From Bacteriovoracia bacterium (GTDB lineage Bacteria > Bdellovibrionota > UBA1018 > CAIPTA01), in contig JBFWVL010000001.1 of assembly GCA_050246755.1 (NCBI GenBank), forward strand, positions 1,824,001-1,888,000: a stretch of 64,000 bases of DNA, read 5' to 3'. The notes beneath the pieces were generated by a model. The model was given only the letters and a program-made list of their open reading frames with translations, had not been told where the DNA came from and did not search any database. The position numbers and the translations under genes were made by a program. Position 1 is the first letter of the stretch; each line of letters opens with the position of its first letter. This document shows positions 47,208 to 55,739 of this stretch, one piece after another.

Positions 47208-47552
47208 ATGAAACACCTTCTCCTTCTCTCCGCCCTCTCCCTCTTATTCGCCAGCGCCGCTATGGCCGGAAGCGACGGACCCTGCGCCAGTTTCGCTAAA
47301 TACGGAGCCATGCGCGCGTTCAAAGCCGAAGGCCACGATCTTTCGGGTGATGCCAAGTACGAGCTTAGTCATATGAGAACGAAGAACGATAAATCGCTCT
47401 ACTACGTGACCATTACCGAACCCGTGGACGCGACCGTTCCCGTAGGAAGCAGCAGCAACCAGGAAAGCACCAGCTACTTCGTGACCGCGCAAGCCCGTGA
47501 ATCGAGCTGCCGGATCCTCGACGTTTCGAAGACCAGCCTCGCTGATTTTTAA
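47208..47552 (+). CDS. Small secreted hypothetical protein
   Basis: SD AGGAG, signal peptide ending AMA, two Cys, and a downstream terminator. Confidence 0.8.
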   Translation: MKHLLLLSALSLLFASAAMAGSDGPCASFAKYGAMRAFKAEGHDLSGDAKYELSHMRTKNDKSLYYVTITEPVDATVPVGSSSNQESTSYFVTAQARESSCRILDVSKTSLADF

Positions 47553-47566
47553 GTAAACTGTTTCTA

Positions 47567-47610
47567 AAATAAAAAACGCGGCCGCCAAAAGCGCGCCGCG
47601 TTTTTTATTT
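47567..47610. terminator. Bidirectional terminator
   Basis: AAATAAAAAACGCGGC...GCCGCGTTTTTTATTT. Confidence 0.85.
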
Positions 47611-47688
47611 GTGCTATTCCCGTCCAATATTCCGCAGTGCCTTGCCTTGCAGCAACCTTGGACCGTATTGTGAGGGCACGGAGGATTC

Positions 47689-48135
47689 ATGAGATTTCTC
47701 ATCCTAGCTTTAGCCTTGTTCACGAGCGTGGCTCGCGCGGAGATCGATATCGGCCAGGAAGTGCGCCAGCAATTCGATCGTATGCGGGCGGTGGTTTCTA
47801 AAATGAAGCCCGAGTTCGCAGTGGGCGGCTATCTCAACGGCAAAAGCTTCGGCGATCACGAAGTGCTCTGGCATCTCGAACCTACCGGCGATGCCGAGGT
47901 GATTCGCATCTACCGCGAAAAGAAAAACGGGCAAGCCTTCGATATCACCTTTCACCGCAATGATGCGATCGTGAGAGGGCGCACTGTGGTCCGCCGTTTC
48001 GTGGGCCCTTCTCCTACCGGCTGGCGCAACGATACGGTGGATGCCGATACAGGCGAGTACCTCGGCAGCCAAGGCCAGGAAGAGCCGTTGATGGATAAGC
48101 GAGATCGGGAAATTTTTAAGCGCTGGCTGGAGTGA
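47689..48135 (+). CDS. Small secreted hypothetical protein
   Basis: SD GGAGG and signal peptide ending ARA. Confidence 0.8.
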   Translation: MRFLILALALFTSVARAEIDIGQEVRQQFDRMRAVVSKMKPEFAVGGYLNGKSFGDHEVLWHLEPTGDAEVIRIYREKKNGQAFDITFHRNDAIVRGRTVVRRFVGPSPTGWRNDTVDADTGEYLGSQGQEEPLMDKRDREIFKRWLE

Positions 48136-48147
48136 ATTTTCCCAAAT

Positions 48148-48177
48148 AAAAAAGCCGGCATCCCTGCCGGCTTTTTT
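48148..48177. terminator. Bidirectional terminator between convergent genes
   Basis: AAAAAAGCCGGCA-tccc-TGCCGGCTTTTTT. Confidence 0.88.
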
Positions 48178-48309
48178 GTGCGCTGCTTCTCCGCTGTAGA
48201 GTTTTTAGTTCGCCGGCCCCCACTTCGCCGCTTGAGCTCGGGCTCCTGCCCTCGCCTCTTGCGAGCGCTCGCTTCGCTGCGCGTCCCAATCGGCATTCCT
48301 GCCGATTGG
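48157..48309. repeat. REP-like palindrome cluster
   Basis: Three hairpins share a GGC(A)T(Y)CCTGCC core (48157, 48240, 48292). Confidence 0.5.
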
Positions 48310-48326
48310 TCGCAGTTTCCGAGAAA

Positions 48327-49640
48327 TTAATTAGCCGGTCCCCATTTCGCCGCTTCGCAGTTGCCGAAGTCGGACGTGATCTGGCGGTGCACGGTATTGT
48401 CGATATTCGTGATGTAGAGGTTCTTCTTTCCCTTGCGGTTCGAGGAATACACGATGAAATAACCGTCCGGAGCAAAATCCGGATCCTCGTTATTGCCCAT
48501 ATTCTTGGTGAGGCGCTCGAGGCCGGTGCCGTCGGTATTCATGATGAAGATATCGAATTTGCCCGCGTCCCAGCCCGCGAAAGCGAGCTTATTCCCCTGG
48601 GGGCTCCAGCTCGGCGTGGCGTTGTAGAAGCCCGCGTAGGTGAGGCGTTGCACGTTGGCGCCGTTGGACTCCATCTTGTACACCATGGGGCGGCCGGAGC
48701 GGTCGGATACGAATGCGAGCCATTTGCCATCGGGGCTCCAGGAAGGATCCACGTCGAGGCCAAAGCTATTCGTGACCCGCTGGATTACCTTCGAGGCGGG
48801 ATCCATCAAGAAGATCTCTGGGTTGCCGGGGAAGCTCATAGTGAGCGCGATCTGTTTTCCATTGGGAGAATAGGCCGCGCCGGAGTTGATGCCCGGCTTA
48901 TTGGAGAGCATCTCGATCTTGCCGGTAGGCAGGCTATACATGAAGAGGTTGTGGTTGCGCACGTTTTTTCTGTTTTTGGTGATCGCGGTAAATACGATCT
49001 CTTTACCATCGGGGCGCCAGCCGGGGGCCATGGCGTGGGAGAAACGCGACGTTACCTTGATTGGGTTCTGGCCGTCGTAGTCCATCAGGTAGATTTCTTT
49101 TTTTCCGGTGCGGTCCGACACGAAGGCGATCTTCGAGGTGAAGGGGCCTTTTTTGCCGGTGAGGGCGAAGAGGATATCGTTGGAAACGGTATGCGCCATC
49201 TTCCGGATCGAATCGTTGCCGGCTTTGTAGCGCTTGCCGAGCAACTGCTTGCCGGTGGAAATTCCGTAGAGGTAGAGCTCGAGGCTCACGCCAGAGCTGT
49301 CTACGTTGCCGCGTGCCTTGATGAGGAACTCGGAGCCGATGGCGGACCAGTCGGTCATCTTGAAGGAGCCGAGGGTTACGCCGGCTTTGGTTGGGTCTTC
49401 CACGAAAGCGGAGGGGTTAAGGAAATCGAAGAGGCCGGAGAAGGCGAGGTCTTCCATCGTGATCTCGCGCACGGAGCGGAGCCGGCCTTCGCCGTCGTTC
49501 GGGGCCACGATCGTGGGAAAGGCCACGATGGATTTACGCGTGCGGGCATCGCCCACGGCGATCTTGAGCACGGGCTCGTCGGCGTAGGCCGTGAGGGTGG
49601 TTGCCAGGAAGGGTAAAAGCAGTAGGAATAAGATTTTCAT
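48327..49640 (-). CDS. tolB: Tol-Pal beta-propeller protein TolB
   Basis: TolB_N domain, SKIAFVS, MDYDG and PD40 repeats (PSWSPDG). Confidence 0.93.
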   Translation of the reverse strand: MKILFLLLLPFLATTLTAYADEPVLKIAVGDARTRKSIVAFPTIVAPNDGEGRLRSVREITMEDLAFSGLFDFLNPSAFVEDPTKAGVTLGSFKMTDWSAIGSEFLIKARGNVDSSGVSLELYLYGISTGKQLLGKRYKAGNDSIRKMAHTVSNDILFALTGKKGPFTSKIAFVSDRTGKKEIYLMDYDGQNPIKVTSRFSHAMAPGWRPDGKEIVFTAITKNRKNVRNHNLFMYSLPTGKIEMLSNKPGINSGAAYSPNGKQIALTMSFPGNPEIFLMDPASKVIQRVTNSFGLDVDPSWSPDGKWLAFVSDRSGRPMVYKMESNGANVQRLTYAGFYNATPSWSPQGNKLAFAGWDAGKFDIFIMNTDGTGLERLTKNMGNNEDPDFAPDGYFIVYSSNRKGKKNLYITNIDNTVHRQITSDFGNCEAAKWGPAN

Positions 49641-50437
49641 AGGGGAAACAATACCTCCACACCAGTATTACGCAATCCTTTCGCTAAGTCCTCCGGGGGA
49701 GGCGCGAAGGGACTGCTTTTTTGTACCGAAGTTTTTACGTACTCGTCGAAAACGTCGTTGCCCGAGCGCTGCAGGAAGGTGACCTGGGTCACCGTGCCGC
49801 GGCCGTCAATATAAATGCGCACCACCGCCCGCAGGCCTTTGCCCTGGAGCCATACCGGGAGTCCCCAGTTGGAACGCAGGCGCTCGGTGATATGGCCGCC
49901 GTAGGCGTTGAGGGTCTCGGCCATGTCGCCGGTGGAATTCGTGCCCTTATGCACTTGGTTGCCCGAGATCGCGTTGCGGTAGGTCTCTTCGAAGCGCTTG
50001 AGGTCTTCCTTGCGCTTGTTGAGCTGTTCCTGCTGCTGCTTTTTATTCTCCGCCTGCTTTTTGCTCTCGTTCTTTTTCACTTGCTCGCGCAGGCGCTCGA
50101 GGGCGTTCTTGGCTTCCTTGGCGGAGTCTTTCGGGGGAGTGGGAGCCTTGATCGGCGCGGGTTCCGGCTCATCGGGCTGGGCTTTTTCTTCGGGGGGAGG
50201 CGGGGGATTTTCTTTAACCTTGAGGGTGGTATCGATCGGATCGGGATTTTCCTGCTTCACTTGACTGGGCAGGGCCACCATATCGATTTGCACGGCAGGA
50301 TTGAATACCAGCGCCTTCGAGGGAAATACGAGTTGCCCGAAAAGGAGAAAGAGGAAAAGACCCGCGTGCAGGGAAAAGGAAATCGTCAGGTAGCGCTTCG
50401 CGGTTTTTTTCTGCTCGGACGCTTGCGGTTGCATCAC
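49637..50437 (-). CDS. tolA: TolA/TonB-family protein
   Basis: TM with an S..LH motif, Pro-rich and coiled-coil linker, and C-terminal RSG...FD...PFAPPP. Confidence 0.8.
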   Translation of the reverse strand: MMQPQASEQKKTAKRYLTISFSLHAGLFLFLLFGQLVFPSKALVFNPAVQIDMVALPSQVKQENPDPIDTTLKVKENPPPPPEEKAQPDEPEPAPIKAPTPPKDSAKEAKNALERLREQVKKNESKKQAENKKQQQEQLNKRKEDLKRFEETYRNAISGNQVHKGTNSTGDMAETLNAYGGHITERLRSNWGLPVWLQGKGLRAVVRIYIDGRGTVTQVTFLQRSGNDVFDEYVKTSVQKSSPFAPPPEDLAKGLRNTGVEVLFPL

Positions 50438-50883
50438 CGTTTCGTATTCGCCGGCTCGGTTACCAGGCCAATGCGCAGGATGCCGGCGGCCTGGGCTTGC
50501 GCCATTGCGGCGGCCACGAGTCCGTAGGAAATTCCTTTGTCGGCCTGGATGAAGATTTCTTTTTTCTCGCGCTTCTCGAAGATCGCTTTTAGCTTCTCGG
50601 AGAGTTGAGCGGCGGGGATCGCGTTGCCGTTGATTTCGGCGTTTCCGCTCTTGTTGATCACGAGCACGATCGGCTTTTCTTGCTCGGAAAGCGAGGGAGA
50701 CTTGGTTTTCGGCAGGTCCACCTGGATGCCTTGCTGCATGAGCGGGGCGCTCACCATGAAGATGATGAGCAGCACGAGCATCACGTCCACCATGGGCGTA
50801 ACGTTGATCTCCGCGAGCATCCCTTCGGCGCCGTGGATATTATCCGTCTGCGCGGTTTTTCTGCCGCCGCCCATCCCCGCCAC
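50434..50883 (-). CDS. tolR: TolR
   Basis: EINVTPMVDVMLVLLIIFMV and IQADK. Confidence 0.92.
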   Translation of the reverse strand: MAGMGGGRKTAQTDNIHGAEGMLAEINVTPMVDVMLVLLIIFMVSAPLMQQGIQVDLPKTKSPSLSEQEKPIVLVINKSGNAEINGNAIPAAQLSEKLKAIFEKREKKEIFIQADKGISYGLVAAAMAQAQAAGILRIGLVTEPANTKR

Positions 50884-51557
50884 TAGATGGCCCTTTCACG
50901 CTGGAGCAAATTGAGCAGGTCCTGGTTGAAAGAATCGAGGGCTTGCGCTTGTCCGCGAATACGCCCATTGAGCACGTTATAGAAAATAGCGGCGGGAATG
51001 GCGGCGGCGAGGCCGATCGCGGTGGCGATGAGGGCCTCGGAAATACCGGGAGCCACGTTCGCAAGATTGGCGGAGCCGGTGATGCCGATCGAGCGGAAGG
51101 AATTCATGATCCCCCAAACAGTTCCGAAGAGGCCCACGAAGGGCGCGGAGCTGGCGGTGGTGGCGAGCCAGGAGACGGAGTGCTCGAGGGCCGCGATCTC
51201 GGTGGTATTGGCTTTGCGGAGAGCGCGGACCACTACGTCGGCCTTCAGGCCGTCGGTGGGTTTATCGTCGCCGAGCTTTCTCAGCTCGCGAATGGCGGCT
51301 TGGAAACTTTTGGCCACGGGGCTGAGCGGATAATCCGCGGCGCGGCTAAAGGATTCGGAAAGATTCCAGCCGCCCCAGAAGCCATGAAGAAATTGGTCGT
51401 TTTGCTTTTCCGCCTGGCGGAGCAGCTGGCGTTTAAAAAGAATGATGGCCCAGGAAGAAACGCTCGCGGTGAGCAGCCCGAGCAGGACGAGTTTTACAAC
51501 CCAGCCGGCATTCCAAATGAGATCGATCGCGCTAAGGGAAACTTCATGATTTTGCAT
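50883..51557 (-). CDS. tolQ: TolQ
   Basis: PFVGLFGTVWGIM and VAPGISEALIATAIGL. Confidence 0.93.
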   Translation of the reverse strand: MQNHEVSLSAIDLIWNAGWVVKLVLLGLLTASVSSWAIILFKRQLLRQAEKQNDQFLHGFWGGWNLSESFSRAADYPLSPVAKSFQAAIRELRKLGDDKPTDGLKADVVVRALRKANTTEIAALEHSVSWLATTASSAPFVGLFGTVWGIMNSFRSIGITGSANLANVAPGISEALIATAIGLAAAIPAAIFYNVLNGRIRGQAQALDSFNQDLLNLLQRERAI

Positions 51558-51564
51558 GCTTTAG

Positions 51565-51593
51565 AGAATAGAAGGGGCATCCGCAAAGGTCAA
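51565..51593 (-). promoter_or_regulatory. Sigma70 promoter, leaderless tolQ
   Basis: TTGACC-N17-TATTCT-N7-ATG. Confidence 0.7.
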
Positions 51594-51656
51594 TTGGAGA
51601 GGGTTTTGACGCAATGGTTTGGCCGACTTAGACTTTTTTCTATCACACGGTAGCGG

Positions 51657-52601
51657 TTAATTTTGCCTTGCGTACGAGGCCGCCACGTCTTGTTTCCAAG
51701 TAAGGTAGGCGCCGCCCACGATCATTACGAGAATACTCGTGAGCCCGAGTCCGGAAAAAGGAGCGCCGTGCAACCCCGCCAGAAGCTCGGAGCCCTTGCC
51801 GATCGGCTTGAACAGGAAGAACGAAGGGCCTTCGGTTTCCCAGAGCGGAAGGCCGGCAATCGGATGCAGCATGCAAAGTAAGGAAAGCAGAAAGCCGAGC
51901 CCGCGGTGAGAGCGGCCGGATTTTAGGTAGAAAAATCCAAGGGCCAAGTTCACTAAAACTAAGTTCAGGCAGTCGAGTCCGGTCAGCTGAAATTGCAAAT
52001 TTTTTACGAAGAGGTAGGCCGCGGTGGTGGCGCAGATCGCGAGGCCCGCGGGCAAGCGGCCGAGCAGGAATTTTTGAATTTTGTGCCGAAAGATAAATTC
52101 CTCGCAGATCACCAGCACCACGAGCGCCGCGAAATCCACGAAGAAAAGAGGGAATACCGGCGTGCCCAGGGTTGAGGTGATGTAAACCCCGAGAAAGGAA
52201 AGCTGGCCGGAGAGCGTGAAGAGGAAAAGGTAGACGAGCACGGCGATCGCGCCGCTCGAGAGACCGCGCAGGAGCTCACGCTTGGTGATGCGATCGAGCT
52301 GCCAAGCTGGCTTCAGCGGGGAATTCCAGAAGGGATCCTGGCGGTAAAGAGCGCGGTCGGCCAGCCAGGTGGTAACCGAAAGCAGCAGGGCCGCCAAGGC
52401 GAACGCGAGCAGCAAGTATTGGGAAGAAATTTCGTTCACCGTATTGCCGAAATCGCTGCCGGTTTTATCCGTGGCGGAAACTAGATAAGCCACCACGGTA
52501 TAGAGCAGAGTTTGCGCAACCTGCGTGGCGATTAAATAAAATAATAGAATGAAGAAAATGGGCTTGAAGGCGAGCAGGCGGGCGAAGAACGAATCGTTCA
52601 T
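51657..52601 (-). CDS. CPBP/Abi-family polytopic membrane protein with degenerate metal ligands
   Basis: About eight TMs. EEFIFR (motif 1) is present, but the FxxxH motif is not evident. Confidence 0.65.
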   Translation of the reverse strand: MNDSFFARLLAFKPIFFILLFYLIATQVAQTLLYTVVAYLVSATDKTGSDFGNTVNEISSQYLLLAFALAALLLSVTTWLADRALYRQDPFWNSPLKPAWQLDRITKRELLRGLSSGAIAVLVYLFLFTLSGQLSFLGVYITSTLGTPVFPLFFVDFAALVVLVICEEFIFRHKIQKFLLGRLPAGLAICATTAAYLFVKNLQFQLTGLDCLNLVLVNLALGFFYLKSGRSHRGLGFLLSLLCMLHPIAGLPLWETEGPSFFLFKPIGKGSELLAGLHGAPFSGLGLTSILVMIVGGAYLTWKQDVAASYARQN

Positions 52602-54043
52602 GGCATGATATTCCAGCGCGTGGTGGCGAGGCTGAAGCGCTTGGGATTCGTGACGCTTCCAGGCGGAAATTTTTGTTTGGCGAGGGCGTCGTCGAGCCGG
52701 GTGGTGATTTGCTCGAGGCGGTATTCCAGGCCGATCGAATGATCATTAAACCATTTCGACCAGGGTTTTTCCCGGGCGGCCGCGATTTTTCGCAGGTAGT
52801 TTACTCCGGCGAGCGGGCGGTAGCCGGCGCGCGCGATGCATTCGAGGGCGAGCATGTCCACGGCGATATCGTCGGCCACGTCGAGATTCTCGGCGTCGCG
52901 GGTGCTCTGGGCGCGGAGGGTGCGGTCCCACACCAATTCCGACTGGGCCTGCAAGCTTTCCGGCCATCCTTTCGCGGTGAGGCTAATTGCCGGGCGCTTC
53001 AGGCGCGCCTCGAGCACCATCGGGCGCACTAGCAGAAAAGCGAGCTCGGCTTCGTTGGCGGCGAGATCAATGGCGCGGGCGCTGAAGGTGAAATAGCCGC
53101 CGGGCAGGGAAATATCCTGCCAGGGATGGCGCACTTCAGGCCGGGATTTCAGGCGGAAGACGCGGAACGCGTTCCAGCGCCGGTTCTTCCAGAAATTTTG
53201 GATGGGCTTAGGGCAGCCTTCGAGGGCGCGGAGGCCGGTGGCGCGCATATAAATGAAACCGTCTACCTCTTCGTGGGTGAGGGCCGGGAGCTCGAAGTAT
53301 TTATTCAGCATAAAGCGGCCGAGAATTCCCACGCGCGCGGCGAGATCGATCGCGGGAGCCTTCGGGGGGCGGAGCTGCAGGGCAAGGCGGTCCCGCTCCG
53401 CTTTGCTCTTGGCCTGCTTCACCAAGCTGAATTCTTGGTCGAGGAAAGAAAGGTCGGTTCCGGACAATCCCATGGGCGCTTCTTCGGCCGCTTCGGCGGA
53501 AGGCAAAAATAAATAAGGCGCGAGCCTGGCCGGGAAGGAAGGCAGGAAGCTGGAGGAAGATTCGTCGTGCTGGATAAAAGCATTTTCGGTTCCGCGCGAG
53601 AGAATGAGGCTTTCGAGAAAATCCAGGGAAGCCATGCTTGGATCGTGGTCGAGCTTCAATTTTTTCCAGGCTTCCCGCGAATGATAGAGCAGCGCCTGGG
53701 ATTTTCTGATCACCACGGGGGCGAGGGAATCTTTATCGCCGGGAACCAGCATCATCCGGCTGAAAATCCAGCCCGGCTTGGCATAGTCGGCGGCCTTCAT
53801 ATTTTTGGGCGGAACGGGAGTTCCGTAGAGCCAGCGTCCGTAGATTTTCTGCACTTCGAAGGAAGTCCCGATGGGGAGTGTGGGCCCCCAGGTTTTCGCG
53901 AGGGGTAGCCTTTCGGCGTCGAAGGTAGGGGCTTTCCGCAGCTCCGTCCAAGGGCCTCCCACTAACGGAGCTTTCCCCTCGGCCAATGCAAAGCTAATGG
54001 CGCAGAAATAAAGGGGCGGTAGTAGGCGGAAAAGCACTTTCAT
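52598..54043 (-). CDS. Secreted SH3b + M48-like protein lacking HEXXH
   Basis: Signal peptide. SH3b-like ELRKAP..GTSFEV...GRW...GWI. M48 scaffold LPGGY...NEAELAFLL and AGYRP. Confidence 0.7.
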   Translation of the reverse strand: MKVLFRLLPPLYFCAISFALAEGKAPLVGGPWTELRKAPTFDAERLPLAKTWGPTLPIGTSFEVQKIYGRWLYGTPVPPKNMKAADYAKPGWIFSRMMLVPGDKDSLAPVVIRKSQALLYHSREAWKKLKLDHDPSMASLDFLESLILSRGTENAFIQHDESSSSFLPSFPARLAPYLFLPSAEAAEEAPMGLSGTDLSFLDQEFSLVKQAKSKAERDRLALQLRPPKAPAIDLAARVGILGRFMLNKYFELPALTHEEVDGFIYMRATGLRALEGCPKPIQNFWKNRRWNAFRVFRLKSRPEVRHPWQDISLPGGYFTFSARAIDLAANEAELAFLLVRPMVLEARLKRPAISLTAKGWPESLQAQSELVWDRTLRAQSTRDAENLDVADDIAVDMLALECIARAGYRPLAGVNYLRKIAAAREKPWSKWFNDHSIGLEYRLEQITTRLDDALAKQKFPPGSVTNPKRFSLATTRWNIMP

Positions 54044-54050
54044 TTCGTTA

Positions 54051-54079
54051 AGTTTAGGTGCCTTCCCCTGGGATCGCAA
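54051..54079 (-). promoter_or_regulatory. Sigma70 promoter, leaderless
   Basis: TTGCGA-N17-TAAACT-N7-ATG. Confidence 0.65.
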
Positions 54080-54159
54080 GACTACCAATGGACACTGAAG
54101 GGTGTTACGCTTTCTGTAGGTCCTGCGTTTACGCGGGATTGGTGGAGGAATTTAGACCG

Positions 54160-54870
54160 ATGATGGTCTCCCTAAAACAGGTATCAAAAGCCTATCATCC
54201 GAACTCCCTGGTGCTGCGCAACGTGAGTTTCGAGCTCAAAAAGGGCGAATTCTTATTTGTGGTGGGCGACAGCGGAGCCGGGAAGACTTCGCTTTTGAAA
54301 TTGATCATGGGCGAAGAGTTCGCTTCTTCGGGCATCGTGGCCTGCGGTGGCGTTAAATATGAAGCCGGCTCCAGCAAAATGCTCAAATTGCGCCGCCGCA
54401 TCGGCGTGGTTCACCAAGACTATCGATTACTCAAAGACCGTACCGTTTTTGAAAATGTGGCGATCCCGCTGTTTTTCGGGCGCGCCGGCACCGGCCAGGA
54501 AGCGATGAGCTTCCTCGGGCGCGGGGCCCAGCATCTCGTAGAAAATGCGATCGCGGCCGTGGGGCTCTCCACCAAAGTTCTCGACGCCACCGTGCGGGAG
54601 CTTTCTGGTGGCGAGCAACAGCGCGTGGCGATCGCGCGCGCCATCATCAATTCCCCGGATTTGCTGATTGCCGACGAGCCCACCGGCAGCCTCGATCATG
54701 ATCATACCTGGACGGTGATGGATCTTTTCCAGAAGCTGAACATCAAGGGCATGAGCATGCTCGTGGCCACCCACGATCGCGATATCATCCGCAAAGTGCG
54801 CAAGCGTACCCTCCACCTTTCGGGCGGCGGCGTGCGCGTGGACGACCGGGAGGGCGCATGTATTTTTTAA
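54160..54870 (+). CDS. ftsE: Cell division ATP-binding protein FtsE
   Basis: [38 protein letters not shown] and ATHD. Context with ftsX and envC. Confidence 0.9.
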   Translation: MMVSLKQVSKAYHPNSLVLRNVSFELKKGEFLFVVGDSGAGKTSLLKLIMGEEFASSGIVACGGVKYEAGSSKMLKLRRRIGVVHQDYRLLKDRTVFENVAIPLFFGRAGTGQEAMSFLGRGAQHLVENAIAAVGLSTKVLDATVRELSGGEQQRVAIARAIINSPDLLIADEPTGSLDHDHTWTVMDLFQKLNIKGMSMLVATHDRDIIRKVRKRTLHLSGGGVRVDDREGACIF

Positions 54871-55739
54871 ATTCCGCGCTCTCCGGCATGCGCCGGCGCA
54901 TGGTGGCCTCGGTGCTCACGATCTTCGGCGGCGCCGCTTTGCTCACGGCATCGGCCGCGATCGGCCTTTGGAGTTATTGGCTGATCGGGCAAGAGAGCCA
55001 TATCAAGGCCGTGCGCGCGGCCTCCGTTTTCATCGATAGCTCGGACAGCTCCGTGGTGGAGGAAGTGCTCACGAAGGTGATGCAAGTGAAGGGCGTGGAA
55101 ACGGCCCGCATCGTTTCCACCCAGGAGTTCAGTTCCTTCCTGAAGGAGCACTTTCCCGATCTGCAATCGGCCCTTGCCGATTTGGGCGACGACGTGATCC
55201 CCCGCATGCTGGAAGTGGTGTTTCCGGCGGACGGAAATACCTTCGCGCGCCGGGAAAGCGTGGACGCTATCGGCCGCATTCTCAATGTGGCGCGCGTAGA
55301 CGACGGCGCGCTCCGGCTCGGCAAGGCCCTCGCGTCGCTGCAGTGGCTCGGCTACGGTGGAACCGTGCTGGCGCTCGGCCTCTGGCTAGTGCTCTTCATC
55401 GTGTGCCTCGGCCACTACCAAAATATTCTCTATACCGACGCGCAGGAAATTCAGCTCATCCGCTCCTTTGGGGCCACCAAGGCGGCGATCTTTATGCCCT
55501 GGATGATCGAAGCGATCGTGCAGAGCCTGGCCACCGGCGTATTTTGCATACTCGTTCTTTTCGCGGGCAAAACGTATTTGGCCGAGCTCTATAACCAATT
55601 TTTCGGCGCCGTCGGCTACGAGCCCTTTCACATCGATCTGGGCAATTTCATGCTCGCCGCCGGAGCCATGGCCGGGATGGCCCTCGCCGCCCATCTGCTC
55701 GCGGGCCTCGTGGCTTTAGCGCGCGGAAGGATCGTGTGA
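54858..55739 (+). CDS. ftsX: FtsX permease
   Basis: 1+3 TM topology and EIQLIRSFGAT...PWMIE. Confidence 0.85.
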   Translation: MYFLNSALSGMRRRMVASVLTIFGGAALLTASAAIGLWSYWLIGQESHIKAVRAASVFIDSSDSSVVEEVLTKVMQVKGVETARIVSTQEFSSFLKEHFPDLQSALADLGDDVIPRMLEVVFPADGNTFARRESVDAIGRILNVARVDDGALRLGKALASLQWLGYGGTVLALGLWLVLFIVCLGHYQNILYTDAQEIQLIRSFGATKAAIFMPWMIEAIVQSLATGVFCILVLFAGKTYLAELYNQFFGAVGYEPFHIDLGNFMLAAGAMAGMALAAHLLAGLVALARGRIV

